Made by a program: the position numbers and the translations under genes. The notes under the pieces were generated by a model, which saw only the letters and a list, made by a program, of their open reading frames with translations, made no database searches and had not been told where the DNA came from. A stretch of 50,117 bases of DNA from Pseudomonadota bacterium (GTDB lineage Bacteria; Bdellovibrionota_B; Oligoflexia; Oligoflexales; CAIMVM01): contig JBAXBA010000018.1 in NCBI GenBank assembly GCA_037142195.1, forward strand, positions 1 to 50,117. Reading direction: 5' to 3'. The number at the start of each line of letters is the position of its first letter. The first letter of the stretch is position 1. Positions 13,124 through 23,102 of the stretch are shown in pieces.

Positions 13124-13546
13124 TTATTTAACCTGCAGTCCCATTGAACGTGCAGAACCCAAGATGATTTTCATTGCCGCTTCTTCGTCGTAGGCATTGA
13201 GATCTTCCATTTTCATTTTGGCGATCTCTTTGACTTGCGCCATGCTGATTTCACCACAAGTCGCCTTGCTAGGCGTCTTGGAGCCGCTCTCAATCTTGGC
13301 AAACTTCTTAAGAAGGTTGGAAGCAGGAGGGCTTTTCGTGATGAAAGTAAACGACTTGTCTGAATACACGGTGATGATAGTTGGCAATACGTCGCCAGCC
13401 TGCTTTTGCGTTTTTGCATTAAACTCTTTGCAAAACGCCATAATGTTCACACCCCTTTGGCCCAATGCCGGTCCAATGGGTGGTGCAGGGTTAGCTTTTG
13501 CTGCTGGAATCTGCAGCTTAATAAATCCAGTTACTTTTTTAGCCAC
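13124..13546 (-). CDS. rplK: 50S ribosomal protein L11
   Basis: [34 protein letters not shown]. Confidence 0.99.
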   Translation of the reverse strand: MAKKVTGFIKLQIPAAKANPAPPIGPALGQRGVNIMAFCKEFNAKTQKQAGDVLPTIITVYSDKSFTFITKSPPASNLLKKFAKIESGSKTPSKATCGEISMAQVKEIAKMKMEDLNAYDEEAAMKIILGSARSMGLQVK

Positions 13547-13610
13547 AATGAGCTCCTATAAACCATATTCATTATCCAAATCTTGAATGTACTCAAGGAA
13601 GGGAGGCAAA

Positions 13611-13639
13611 CCTTTACGTACCTAAATGCAATCTGTCAA
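13611..13639 (-). promoter_or_regulatory. Putative sigma70 promoter for rplK operon
   Basis: TTGACA-N17-TAAAGG. Confidence 0.5.
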
Positions 13640-13670
13640 CATAATTCTTCAAATTTTTAAAATTGAAAAA

Positions 13671-14270
13671 TTATGTCAACTTTTCAACTTGGTTAAAACC
13701 AAGTTCAACCGGTGTTTCACGGCCAAAAATACTCACTAAAACCTTAAGCTTTTGCTTGTCAGCTTTAACTTCGTCCACAACCCCATCAAAATTAAGGAAG
13801 GGACCATCCTTTACCTTAACGACTTCACCTTTAGAATAGATGGCCTCAATTCTCGCAGGGCCAGCTAACGACAACGCTTCCTCTTTGACTTCGCCTAGGA
13901 AGCGGAGAACATCTTTATCGGTCATGGGACGCGGCTTCTTAGAGTTGCCGACAAAGCCTGTAACCTTTGAAGTTCCAATGACACACGCCATCGTGTCATC
14001 ATTCAAATCCATTTGCACAAAAATATAACCAGGAAATGAAGTCTTCTCGACTCTCTTCTTTTTACCGCTTCTCAATATCTTTTCTTGGGACGTCTTAGGA
14101 ACAACCACTTCGCCAAAGCTTAACTCAAGCTTCTGGCGGGTGATACGATCAACTAGAGTCAAACGGGCTGCATCTTCTGAACCTGCATAGGTATTGACGA
14201 TGAACCATTTGAACTTTGGATTCAGAATGCTATCGTTTATGCTTTCAGAATGACTTTCTGCAATTTCCAT
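13671..14270 (-). CDS. nusG: Transcription termination/antitermination factor NusG
   Basis: [29 protein letters not shown] motif and [19 protein letters not shown]. Confidence 0.98.
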   Translation of the reverse strand: MEIAESHSESINDSILNPKFKWFIVNTYAGSEDAARLTLVDRITRQKLELSFGEVVVPKTSQEKILRSGKKKRVEKTSFPGYIFVQMDLNDDTMACVIGTSKVTGFVGNSKKPRPMTDKDVLRFLGEVKEEALSLAGPARIEAIYSKGEVVKVKDGPFLNFDGVVDEVKADKQKLKVLVSIFGRETPVELGFNQVEKLT

Positions 14271-14291
14271 TTCAACCTCTCCATGAATCTA

Positions 14292-14675
14292 TCAAGCAAT
14301 AATAAACTTAAGAACCCAGGCCCAAACGGTATCAAATATAGATAATATGACCCCAAAAATCGCACAAACAATAACTACTACTTTTGTCATTTTCCAGGTA
14401 TCTGGACCAGTCGGCCAATTCACCTTCTTAACTTCAGCGATAGTAGAGAGATAATATTCGGTTCGCGTACTGTCGCCAGCCGCAATCCACACGCCAGCTA
14501 TTCCTATCGCGAGGCCGCCTATAGTGGCCGCCAACGGGAACCAGCTATCGTATTTTTCGAGCCATCCAGTTTGTATACCAACCGTAGTAATTGCCTTATA
14601 CCCGATGAAAAAAAACAAGGCACCAGCAACTACATAAGAGAGATTCAACCAGAAACGTTCGTCTTTTGCCATCAT
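14292..14675 (-). CDS. secE: Preprotein translocase subunit SecE (three-TM type)
   Basis: EVKKVNWPT motif before C-terminal TM, two extra N-terminal hydrophobic segments, upstream of nusG. Confidence 0.93.
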   Translation of the reverse strand: MMAKDERFWLNLSYVVAGALFFFIGYKAITTVGIQTGWLEKYDSWFPLAATIGGLAIGIAGVWIAAGDSTRTEYYLSTIAEVKKVNWPTGPDTWKMTKVVVIVCAIFGVILSIFDTVWAWVLKFIIA

Positions 14676-14758
14676 AATCTCCCAAAACTATATTCTACAA
14701 ACGTGATTTAGGATGCTAAGTTCAAATGTATTTCCGAACTGTAAAATTAAGTTTTAAG

Positions 14759-14831
14759 CAGGCGAGGAGGGATTCGAACCCACAACCTACGGATTTGGAA
14801 TCCGCCGCTCTACCGTTAGAGCTACTCGCCT
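14759..14831 (-). tRNA. tRNA-Trp (CCA anticodon); 3' CCA not encoded
   Basis: AGGCGAG...CTCGCCT acceptor stem, anticodon loop TTCCAAA, GTTCGAATC T loop. Confidence 0.95.
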
Positions 14832-14840
14832 TCTTATGTG

Positions 14841-14872
14841 AAAAAGGGCTAAGCGCCTGAACGCCAAGCCCT
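14841..14872 (-). terminator. Intrinsic terminator-like hairpin after tuf
   Basis: AGGGCTTGGCGT-TCAG-GCGCTTAGCCCT followed by T run. Confidence 0.7.
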
Positions 14873-14908
14873 GATTTACTTTAAACAAACCAAAAACTTA
14901 CAGAAGTA

Positions 14909-16102
14909 CTACTTGATGATTTTAGCGACGACGCCTGCACCAACGGTACGGCCGCCTTCACGAATCGCAAAGCGTAACTGTTCATCCATAGCGATCGGAG
15001 CAATAAGTTCTACATCAATAGAGACGTTGTCTCCTGGCATCACCATCTCTACGTTATCAGGAAGCTTAATGGAACCTGTAACGTCAGTTGTACGGAAGTA
15101 AAACTGAGGGCGGTATCCCTTAAAGAACGGAGTATGTCTTCCGCCTTCTTCTTTAGTAAGAACATAAACTTCAGCTTTGAACTGAGTGTGAGGCGTGATG
15201 GAACCAGGCTTAGAAAGTACTTGGCCGCGGATAACATCTTCACGCTTCGTTCCACGAAGAAGAATTCCGACGTTATCGCCCGCTTGACCTTCGTCAAGAA
15301 GTTTTCGGAACATCTCAACACCAGTACAAATGGTTTTTTGAGTATCACGAATACCAACGATTTCGATTTCTTCACCAACTTTTAACTTACCTTTTTCAAT
15401 TCTTCCGGTAACAACAGTTCCACGGCCAGAGATTGAGAATACGTCTTCCACTGGCATTAGGAATGGCTGTGAAAGAGGACGTTCTGGAACTGGAACATAG
15501 TCATCAACAGCTGCAATGAGTTCTACAATTTTCTTCGCCCAAGGGTCGTCTTTAGTAGCAGCGTTTAGGCCACCCAAAGCAGATCCACGAATAATTGGGG
15601 TGTCGTCTCCAGGAAACTGATATGTACTTAGAAGTTCTCTAACTTCCATTTCCACGAGGTCAAGAAGCTCAGCGTCATCGACCATGTCACATTTATTAAG
15701 GAAAACAACGATTTTAGGAACGCCTACTTGGCGAGCTAAAAGGATGTGCTCACGTGTCTGTGGCATTGGGCCGTCTGTTGCAGCAACAACGAGGATGGCT
15801 CCGTCCATTTGAGCGGCACCAGTAATCATGTTTTTTACGTAGTCGGCGTGTCCAGGACAGTCAACATGCGCATAGTGACGCTTATCTGACTGATATTCTA
15901 CGTGAGATGTATTAATTGTAATACCGCGCGCTTTTTCTTCAGGAGCCTTATCGATTTCATCGAAAGCCTTCACTGCGCCACCGTACATCAGTGACATAAC
16001 CTTAGTAATGGCAGCAGTCAGGGTGGTTTTTCCGTGGTCAACGTGACCGATTGTACCAATGTTTACGTGAGGCTTATTGCGCTCAAACTTTTCCTTTGCC
16101 AT
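14909..16102 (-). CDS. tuf: Elongation factor Tu
   Basis: [39 protein letters not shown]; real start is ATG 16102 after SD GGAGG, not 16210. Confidence 0.99.
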   Translation of the reverse strand: MAKEKFERNKPHVNIGTIGHVDHGKTTLTAAITKVMSLMYGGAVKAFDEIDKAPEEKARGITINTSHVEYQSDKRHYAHVDCPGHADYVKNMITGAAQMDGAILVVAATDGPMPQTREHILLARQVGVPKIVVFLNKCDMVDDAELLDLVEMEVRELLSTYQFPGDDTPIIRGSALGGLNAATKDDPWAKKIVELIAAVDDYVPVPERPLSQPFLMPVEDVFSISGRGTVVTGRIEKGKLKVGEEIEIVGIRDTQKTICTGVEMFRKLLDEGQAGDNVGILLRGTKREDVIRGQVLSKPGSITPHTQFKAEVYVLTKEEGGRHTPFFKGYRPQFYFRTTDVTGSIKLPDNVEMVMPGDNVSIDVELIAPIAMDEQLRFAIREGGRTVGAGVVAKIIK

Positions 16103-16226
16103 GAATTCCTCCAGAGGATTATAGACACGTTTTAATGAAATCTTTTTACTTAAGCACTTCGCAGCAATTTTACGATTAAAACTGCTGCTATCTCCAAATT
16201 GCTTTCGCAATCTGATGGATAATTTC

Positions 16227-16301
16227 TGGAGCCCGAAGCGGGAATTGAACCCGCGACCTCACCCTTACCAAGGGTGCGCTCTACCCCTGAGCTACCCGGG
16301 C
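16227..16301 (-). tRNA. tRNA-Thr (GGT)
   Basis: Cloverleaf, anticodon arm CACCC-TTGGTAA-GGGTG, ends TCCA. Confidence 0.96.
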
Positions 16302-16384
16302 AGTTTAGAACGCGAACAACACTTTTATCTCCCTTACTTACTTATGGCAAGCAATAAATGCTTGCTAACAAGAAGTATTAGAGA

Positions 16385-16460
16385 TGGAGCGGGAGACGAG
16401 ACTCGAACTCGCAACCCTTAGCTTGGAAGGCTAATGCTCTAGCCATTGAGCTACTCCCGC
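16385..16460 (-). tRNA. tRNA-Gly (TCC)
   Basis: GCGGGAG...CTCCCGC-TCCA, anticodon arm TTAGC-CTTCCAA-GCTAA. Confidence 0.97.
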
Positions 16461-16473
16461 TCATGTGTCCACT

Positions 16474-16559
16474 TGGTGGAGGAGACTGGAATCGAACCAG
16501 TGAAGCGTAAACGCAACGGGTTTACAGCCCGTCCCCTTTGGCCGCTCGGGCACTCCTCC
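16474..16559 (-). tRNA. tRNA-Tyr (GTA)
   Basis: GGAGGAG...CTCCTCC-ACCA, anticodon loop CTGTAAA, long variable arm. Confidence 0.97.
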
Positions 16560-16575
16560 GCCGGGTAGAAATCTC

Positions 16576-16651
16576 TGGAGCTGGTGATGGGACTTGAACC
16601 CGCAACCTTCTGATTACAAATCAGGTGCTCTACCAATTGAGCTACACCAGC
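16576..16651 (-). tRNA. tRNA-Thr (TGT)
   Basis: GCTGGTG...CACCAGC-TCCA, anticodon arm CTGAT-TTGTA-ATCAG region. Confidence 0.97.
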
Positions 16652-16700
16652 CTACTTCCCCTAACAATTTATTTTTAACGACAAAAATTAGGGAAACAGC

Positions 16701-16729
16701 TTATTAATGATTTTAAGAGGGCTTGTCAA
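16701..16729 (-). promoter_or_regulatory. Putative sigma70 promoter for tRNA-tuf operon
   Basis: TTGACA-N17-TAATAA about 50 nt upstream of the first tRNA. Confidence 0.6.
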
Positions 16730-16751
16730 CTCTCAAATTTGAGAATTCACT

Positions 16752-17510
16752 TTATCGCCTGCTGCTTAAGGAGGCAACTAGAATTCCAGCAGCAACGGAA
16801 ACATTCAAAGAGTCCAGTTTTCCCGACTTTCTGGGTATGCAAGTGATTTTGTCGCACTTTTCACGTAGGAGTCTGGAAATTCCTTTTTCTTCATTTCCGA
16901 GAATGAGGCAATTTTTAGGATAGAAGCCGACCAAGTCGACAACAGATTCGCCCTCCATATCAGCACCAAGTATCCAGTAACCTATTTCTTTAAGTTCCGC
17001 ACAAACTCTCGCCAAATTGGGCACTACAAAGACTCTGACATGAGCAAAGGCTCCTTGAGAAGTTGATAGTGCAAACTCAGTAACGCCCGTCTGCCTGGCA
17101 TTGGGAATAATAAGTACCGAGACTCCAAAAAAAGCTAAATTTCGAGCGATGGCCCCTAAATTTCTTGGGTCTTGGATATGATCCAACATAACAACCAAAG
17201 GATCGTTCTTTGCTTTCAAATGATAAAGCAAATCAACGCTGTCAAACTCAGGCACCTGAACTAAAGCAGCAACAGGACTTGTTGGTTTACGATAAGGACT
17301 TCCATCTGGCTTCTGCCAATACTCAGCCTTAGAAACTTTTGTCGAAAGTTGGGGGTATCTCAATTCATCTTTTTTGTCTTTAAACCATACTTTTTCAATG
17401 AGATGTGGGGCGTAATTTACATACTCTTTTAATACAGACTCGCCTTCGACAAAAAAAATTCCGCCTTTTTCTTTGGAATGACTCTCTTTTTTATGGATTC
17501 TCTTATTCAA
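16752..17510 (-). CDS. SpoU/TrmH family RNA 2'-O-methyltransferase, RlmB-like
   Basis: LDHIQDPRNLGAIAR, ILGNEEKGI, DSLNVSVAAGI SPOUT motifs. Confidence 0.88.
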   Translation of the reverse strand: MNKRIHKKESHSKEKGGIFFVEGESVLKEYVNYAPHLIEKVWFKDKKDELRYPQLSTKVSKAEYWQKPDGSPYRKPTSPVAALVQVPEFDSVDLLYHLKAKNDPLVVMLDHIQDPRNLGAIARNLAFFGVSVLIIPNARQTGVTEFALSTSQGAFAHVRVFVVPNLARVCAELKEIGYWILGADMEGESVVDLVGFYPKNCLILGNEEKGISRLLREKCDKITCIPRKSGKLDSLNVSVAAGILVASLSSRR

Positions 17511-17516
17511 TTTAGC

Positions 17517-18719
17517 CTACTTAAAAATAGATTTGTAAGAGGCCTTAAGTTGGCCGACGTGCTCACTCGAGAGGGAATCTATTGCAGATAAGATAGTGAA
17601 ATAGACGAAATTCATAAGCACGCGCTCCACCCGTTCCATCCTCTCCGGAAAGGCATGAAGCAGAGCGAACAAACTCTCAATAGAAGGAGCCGTTATTTCC
17701 ATCTTTTCATTAATTTCTAAAAAGCGGGCGTCACCATTATCAATATTTAGGAGTGCGTATCTTGCATTATCGACCGGCAATGGCAGGCTCTCGGCCGAAT
17801 AGCCTTTAGACAGAACTGGCAATATCATTGCATACCCATCTAATATATTCTTAATGCTGCTTAGGCCCGGTCCGATGGGCCCCCTCTGGGCCAACCCTTC
17901 TACATGAACGCCACCTTGTTGATACAATTTAAACAATTCAATCGTGGTATTGATTTCACTTAATCTCGACGCCTTTTTTAGCGCCTCAACTTTTTTTTCA
18001 TTATTTATCATAGTCATAAAATCATGAAGGAAGGTGCCGGGCTTAACATTCACTCGCTTCAGGTAGTCTGGCAGAATGCTAATATTGCACTGATCATTAC
18101 AGACCATTTGAAATTCATTAAATATTGCAGAAAAAGCAGCGAGATCCTGAATATACTCTTGACCATCGGAGGTTATTGGCAATTCGATAAATGACGTTGC
18201 ACCATCTACAATCTCATAAGAAATCATACTCTGAATAAAAAAAGATCTCACAATACATGCCATCTGCCGCGTCAAGGCTTGCCAAAGCTGCGTGTGGTTA
18301 AAGACGTTATTTTGTATCAGAACTTGACCGAATTTTTTCTCCTTTGTAACCAATACAGCGGAATCTAACAATTGATCTAAAGTAATAATTCCTTCCCTAT
18401 AGATCACCTCTCCCAATCGGTCGTCAATTTGATTTGAAGTTGCGAATACAAATTTGCCTTTTGAAAAAAATATTTTTTTAGAGGCGTCTTCCCAATGCCC
18501 GGATACGGAGCCACTAAACTTCATTTCCGATAGTTTGGAAATGAGTGCCAGAAAAATCTTTGGATCAGCGCGGCCCACCGTGCTACGAGATTTCGAATTT
18601 GAGGCAATAACCACGCCTTTGCCAAGCGCTAAAGCTTGCCAATCTGAAGCCCTCGCCTCTTCACTGTCTACTTGGAGGTTAAATCCCTCAGGCGATTTAT
18701 TTAGCTTTACTAGCGTCAT
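17517..18719 (-). CDS. Hypothetical protein with DUF4388/PatA-N-like domain
   Basis: KFSGSV...KKIFFSKGKFVFATSNQIDDRLGEVIYREGIITLDQL...KKFGQVLI resembles DUF4388 proteins. Confidence 0.65.
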   Translation of the reverse strand: MTLVKLNKSPEGFNLQVDSEEARASDWQALALGKGVVIASNSKSRSTVGRADPKIFLALISKLSEMKFSGSVSGHWEDASKKIFFSKGKFVFATSNQIDDRLGEVIYREGIITLDQLLDSAVLVTKEKKFGQVLIQNNVFNHTQLWQALTRQMACIVRSFFIQSMISYEIVDGATSFIELPITSDGQEYIQDLAAFSAIFNEFQMVCNDQCNISILPDYLKRVNVKPGTFLHDFMTMINNEKKVEALKKASRLSEINTTIELFKLYQQGGVHVEGLAQRGPIGPGLSSIKNILDGYAMILPVLSKGYSAESLPLPVDNARYALLNIDNGDARFLEINEKMEITAPSIESLFALLHAFPERMERVERVLMNFVYFTILSAIDSLSSEHVGQLKASYKSIFK

Positions 18720-18721
18720 AG

Positions 18722-20116
18722 CTACCCTTTCAGCTTTTGTGGATCAATTTGATAGGTTCTTAGCTTACGGTGAAGGGAACTTCTCTCAACCCCTATCGCT
18801 TCTGCCGTTTTAGTGACGTTCCAACCATACTCTTCTAATCTACCAAGAATATAAGCTTTTTCAAACTCTTCACGAGCTTCTTTTAACGATTTATTTCCCA
18901 TCATAGGATTATGTCCGGGTTTTAGGGATGTCGGATTTCCCTTTTTCGATTTAACTGAAGGAGGAAGATCGTTGATATCGATATTTTGATGGTCAACTAA
19001 AATACACAATCGCTCACACAAATTTCGAAGCTCTCGTATATTTCCTGGCCAGGAGTGACCTTCAAGGGCCTTTAAAGCTTCTGGACTCACATTTTTCTTA
19101 GGTTCACCGAGATCTTTTGAAATAACGGTAAGAAAGTGGTCAACCAAAATGGACAAGTCGCCATGTCGATCCCTTAGGGGCGGCATTACGAGAGGAATGA
19201 CATTCAATCGATAAAAGAGATCTTCTCTAAACGTCCCCGCAATGATTTCAGCTTCAAGATCTTTGTTTGTCGCCGCAATAACTCTTACATCGACGTGTAT
19301 GGTCTCTTGTCCACCAACTTTCTCAAAGCTTTGCTCTTGAAGGATTCTCAGTATTTTTGCCTGGGTTTTCAGGCTCATATCGCCTATTTCATCCAAGAAA
19401 AGCGTACCTTGGTGAGCTAACTCAAACTTTCCCCGTCTATCACTGGTTGCATTGGTAAAAGCGCCTTTTACATAACCGAAAAGTTCGCTTTCTATGAGCT
19501 CCTCCGGAATAGCTGCGCAATTTACAGCCACAAAGGCTTTGAGTGATCTTTTTGAAGCGGAGTGAATGTTTCTAGCCAGGTTTTCTTTACCAGTGCCATT
19601 TTCTCCCGTGATGAGGACCCAGCTGTTTCTTGGTCCGACGACTTGCACCTGCCTTCGAATGTTTTCCATCGATGCGCTTTGCCCGACCATGGCATATTTA
19701 CTTTCAATCGCAAGGCTGGACTTGTCTTCACCGGCCTTATGATCCAGAACGTCACTCAAAATCGGCAATAGCTTTTCAAGAGAGAGTGGCTTTTCAAGAA
19801 ACTGGTAGGCCCCTAGTTTGGTCGCCCGCACAGCAGTCTCAATGGTCCCATGCCCGCTCATAATCACAATGGAGGATTGTCTTCGATGGTCCTTCATACG
19901 CTGCAAGGTCTCTATCCCATCAATACCGGACATCCAAACATCAAGGAAAACAAGGTCATAAGACTTATTCATAAAAAGTCGAAGCCCGTCAGTACCAGAC
20001 AGGGCAGTGTCAACTTTCCATCCCTCATCGGCCAATACGCCGCTCAATGACTCGCAAATACTTGCTTCATCGTCTACAACCAGTGCCTGCGGTGCAGGAA
20101 GTTCATGAACACTCAT
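18722..20116 (-). CDS. Sigma54-type response regulator (REC-AAA+-Fis HTH), NtrX-like
   Basis: VVDDE, FLDVWM, ITGENGTGKE, ESELFG..KGAFTNA, LFLDEIGDM, WPGNIREL, C-terminal HTH; start after SD GAGGGGG. Confidence 0.92.
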   Translation of the reverse strand: MSVHELPAPQALVVDDEASICESLSGVLADEGWKVDTALSGTDGLRLFMNKSYDLVFLDVWMSGIDGIETLQRMKDHRRQSSIVIMSGHGTIETAVRATKLGAYQFLEKPLSLEKLLPILSDVLDHKAGEDKSSLAIESKYAMVGQSASMENIRRQVQVVGPRNSWVLITGENGTGKENLARNIHSASKRSLKAFVAVNCAAIPEELIESELFGYVKGAFTNATSDRRGKFELAHQGTLFLDEIGDMSLKTQAKILRILQEQSFEKVGGQETIHVDVRVIAATNKDLEAEIIAGTFREDLFYRLNVIPLVMPPLRDRHGDLSILVDHFLTVISKDLGEPKKNVSPEALKALEGHSWPGNIRELRNLCERLCILVDHQNIDINDLPPSVKSKKGNPTSLKPGHNPMMGNKSLKEAREEFEKAYILGRLEEYGWNVTKTAEAIGVERSSLHRKLRTYQIDPQKLKG

Positions 20117-20143
20117 CAAAGTTGCCCCCTCGCGCATTTCCCA

Positions 20144-22426
20144 TCAAATCGTCTTCGAACTTTCACCATTTGACTTTAAATCATTCAATCTAAGCGGAAT
20201 ATCAAATTCAACAATAGTACCAGAATTAACGTTATCAAGCACTCTCACACTGCCTCCATGGTCCATGATGACTTGCCTTACAATGGACAACCCAAGCCCC
20301 GTACCATCGGCTTTAGTAGAAACATAAGCCTCAAATATTTTCTCCTTCATGGAATCATCAACGCCACATCCATTATCTAACACCTGAAACACGAGTAGCC
20401 CTTCTCTCGGGAAAACTTTGATTCCAATCTCTCCGGAACGTTCGGGAGACAAAGCTGCGACACTGTTTCCGATCAGATTCATGAGAACTCTCCCCATTTG
20501 ATCTCTGTCAAAATAGAAGCGTGGCACAGGCTCTATTTGGCTCGACCAAGCAATCTGTGGATAACTCTGCTTAAATAAGGTAAAGACTTCTGTAAGCAGC
20601 TCCTCAATAGAATTTTCTTTTAGTGAAATTTCAGGCATTCTGGAAAATGTGGAAAACTCATCGACTAAATCACGCAGAGAGTCTACCTGAGCTAAAATGG
20701 AGTTAAGAAGCTTCCTAAATAACTCTTTATCCTCGCCATGAAACTGCCCTTCAAACTTTCTCAAAAGCCTTTGAGCATTCAGTTTAATAGGGGTAATAGG
20801 ATTTTTAATTTCGTGAGCAATCCGTCTTGCTACCTCTTTCCAAGCTGCAGCTTTTTGCGACCGGACCTGATCTTGAGCATCATCAAAGACAATAACATAA
20901 CCTAGCGGTGCCCCTCGCGAATCCATTAAGGTTCTAGCACGAACTATCAATATCTCAGTGCGGCCAAGTTCATCCAAATGGACTTGCCCGTTGTAATAAG
21001 GAGAATGTTCTAAAACACGAAGTATGGGGTCTAAAAACAGTGTGGATAGACTCCGGCCTAAAGCCTCTTCAGGCTTCTTGCCGGTCGCAATATCTCCTTT
21101 AATTTTCAGCAGTCTTTCTGCTGCGCCATTAATGGAGCCTATTATTCCCGATTTATCTATAGATATCACTCCCGCCGAAATGCTATCTAAAACAACTTCC
21201 GTATAGTTCTTCCTTTCTGATATCTCTTGATTTGAAGTCTCCAAACTGGCTCGCGCTTCTAAATTCTGCAATTGGTGAAACTCAATGTCTTTTACCATGG
21301 TATTGAAAGCGCGAAGAAGTTGACCCGTTTCATCATCAGAATGGACCTTAAGATCGACTTTATAGTTACCCAGAGCTACTTCCCTAGTGGCTTCGGAAAG
21401 TTTCTGGAGGGGGCCTGTAATGCCTTTTGCTACATAGAAACCTAACCAAATGGCCGAGAAAAGTATCAAAAGCAGCATGAGAGCCATCAATATTAGATAA
21501 TTAATCTGTATAAGCTGTGATTCAGGGCGTAGCCTCGCAAAGCTGCCCAAAACGGCCTCCAATCTGGCTAAAATCTCACCTTCAAAAGCCTCTTCAACAA
21601 CGACAACGCCCAGAAAGAAGCCCGATTTAGGGTGGAAGATGGGCGCTGAACCTTTGACTATGTCCCTTCCCCCTCGAACCTCTACTGTAGAAAGCGCCGT
21701 CAGTTCAGGGTTCAGCTGAAATTGTTCCGCTGACTCAATGGCGAAAACATCTTGCACTAGCGGCACTTGGCTTTGAAAACCACGATCTGAAGACCAAAAT
21801 ATAGACCCAGAGGGTTGGAAAATGGTCGCCTTAGAAAGGCTATATTCACGGACAAAAAGCCTAAGTCCTTTGGGAGTAAGGGATGGCAGTTCTTTGATAA
21901 TTTGAGAATCGGTGTTGAAAGTGTCAATCTTTTGCAAAGCTAGTCTAGCGATGCTTTTTAACCTCTTCTGATCTTGCTGGTAAGCCGCCGCTCCAGATTC
22001 TCGTGCCAATTTGATCGTGGAAGTCACTTGATCAGAGAACCAGCCCACCATGGATTTGGAGATGAAGTCAGTCGAAACATAAGCGAGCGTTAAACTTGGC
22101 GCGATAGCGAAGAAGACCAAAGAAAAAATCAGCTTAGCTCCGAGCTTTGACCCCAAAACCCCCCTACGTCTTTCAATAACCAGCCGCGAAATATTTCTAA
22201 ATATCAGAAAAGAGAGCACCAAAATCAAGATCACGTTCAAATTGATCAAGGCAAAGTAAAAAAGTGACGCTGTAAACTCTCGATTAGCACTGAAGCCACT
22301 AGTTAAAAGATAGAGTCTTGTTTCTAGTCGAGTGATCAATAAGATCAAAATCGTAGATAAAAGCATAACTACGACTTCAAAAAACCGTTTTTTTTCTTTA
22401 CGCCTTGAGGTCAAGCTCTGGTTCAA
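20144..22426 (-). CDS. Membrane sensor histidine kinase (HAMP-PAS-HisKA-HATPase), NtrY-like
   Basis: AWKEVARRIAHEIKNPITPIKLNAQRL H box, DNGCG, GTGLGL; several N-terminal TM segments. Confidence 0.93.
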   Translation of the reverse strand: MNQSLTSRRKEKKRFFEVVVMLLSTILILLITRLETRLYLLTSGFSANREFTASLFYFALINLNVILILVLSFLIFRNISRLVIERRRGVLGSKLGAKLIFSLVFFAIAPSLTLAYVSTDFISKSMVGWFSDQVTSTIKLARESGAAAYQQDQKRLKSIARLALQKIDTFNTDSQIIKELPSLTPKGLRLFVREYSLSKATIFQPSGSIFWSSDRGFQSQVPLVQDVFAIESAEQFQLNPELTALSTVEVRGGRDIVKGSAPIFHPKSGFFLGVVVVEEAFEGEILARLEAVLGSFARLRPESQLIQINYLILMALMLLLILFSAIWLGFYVAKGITGPLQKLSEATREVALGNYKVDLKVHSDDETGQLLRAFNTMVKDIEFHQLQNLEARASLETSNQEISERKNYTEVVLDSISAGVISIDKSGIIGSINGAAERLLKIKGDIATGKKPEEALGRSLSTLFLDPILRVLEHSPYYNGQVHLDELGRTEILIVRARTLMDSRGAPLGYVIVFDDAQDQVRSQKAAAWKEVARRIAHEIKNPITPIKLNAQRLLRKFEGQFHGEDKELFRKLLNSILAQVDSLRDLVDEFSTFSRMPEISLKENSIEELLTEVFTLFKQSYPQIAWSSQIEPVPRFYFDRDQMGRVLMNLIGNSVAALSPERSGEIGIKVFPREGLLVFQVLDNGCGVDDSMKEKIFEAYVSTKADGTGLGLSIVRQVIMDHGGSVRVLDNVNSGTIVEFDIPLRLNDLKSNGESSKTI

Positions 22427-23037
22427 AGTTTTCCTCTTTTTTCAAAAAATAGGCGGCCAATCACTTGCCCACTATATAAAATTTGAAACTCATCTTGACG
22501 ACTTGACAAAGCCACGACTTTAACAGACACACCTTTTTGTAAATTTGTCTTTAAATCTTTAATCTCAAAATCAGCCTGAGGAGATAGGGAGGTTTTACTG
22601 CCGTTTTGAAGGACTTGCTCCTTTCCATTGATTCCAACCACCGCATAATAGAACTTAGGTTCTACCGTTTTAAAAAGCACCGCAAAAATAACTTTGCCTT
22701 TTTCCATCACAGACAATTCAAAGAAATCGCGATCCTTCGGCACTTCTACAAGGTCCCCAAATGAGTAAGGAGATAAAAGCGTCTTCGATACTGCATCGTT
22801 TTCCATGCCGCTAAATTGAAGGGAGGGACTTCCAGCCTGTCTGGGGCGCAATCCCAAAATCTTAATAGGTGAGCCCTTAGGTAAACTATTGGTTATTCCC
22901 GTGCTCCAACACTTTTTATCTCCATCTATGAGCACCAATAGACATCGTGGATTGCGTAGCTCGACGGCCATACTAATTGCTGTTATCAGGAACCATGAAA
23001 ATAAAATAAAAAAATAGCTGCTAATTTTTGCTGCCAT
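22423..23037 (-). CDS. Hypothetical exported protein
   Basis: 204-aa ORF with hydrophobic N terminus; 4-nt TTGA overlap with the kinase start. Confidence 0.7.
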   Translation of the reverse strand: MAAKISSYFFILFSWFLITAISMAVELRNPRCLLVLIDGDKKCWSTGITNSLPKGSPIKILGLRPRQAGSPSLQFSGMENDAVSKTLLSPYSFGDLVEVPKDRDFFELSVMEKGKVIFAVLFKTVEPKFYYAVVGINGKEQVLQNGSKTSLSPQADFEIKDLKTNLQKGVSVKVVALSSRQDEFQILYSGQVIGRLFFEKRGKL

Positions 23038-23102
23038 AGCTACAATGTCCTAAGCCCAGGCATTGGGACAAATTCATTCTATCATAGGCAGGCGGCTCAG
23101 TC

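Noticed and set aside
358..15385. Many short plus-strand and alternative-frame ORFs over fusA, rpoBC, ribosomal genes and tuf (e.g. 11007..11783)
   Set aside because: Shadows of conserved genes; no motifs or supporting start signals
16215..16636. ORFs 16215..16421 and 16451..16636
   Set aside because: They overlie tRNA genes
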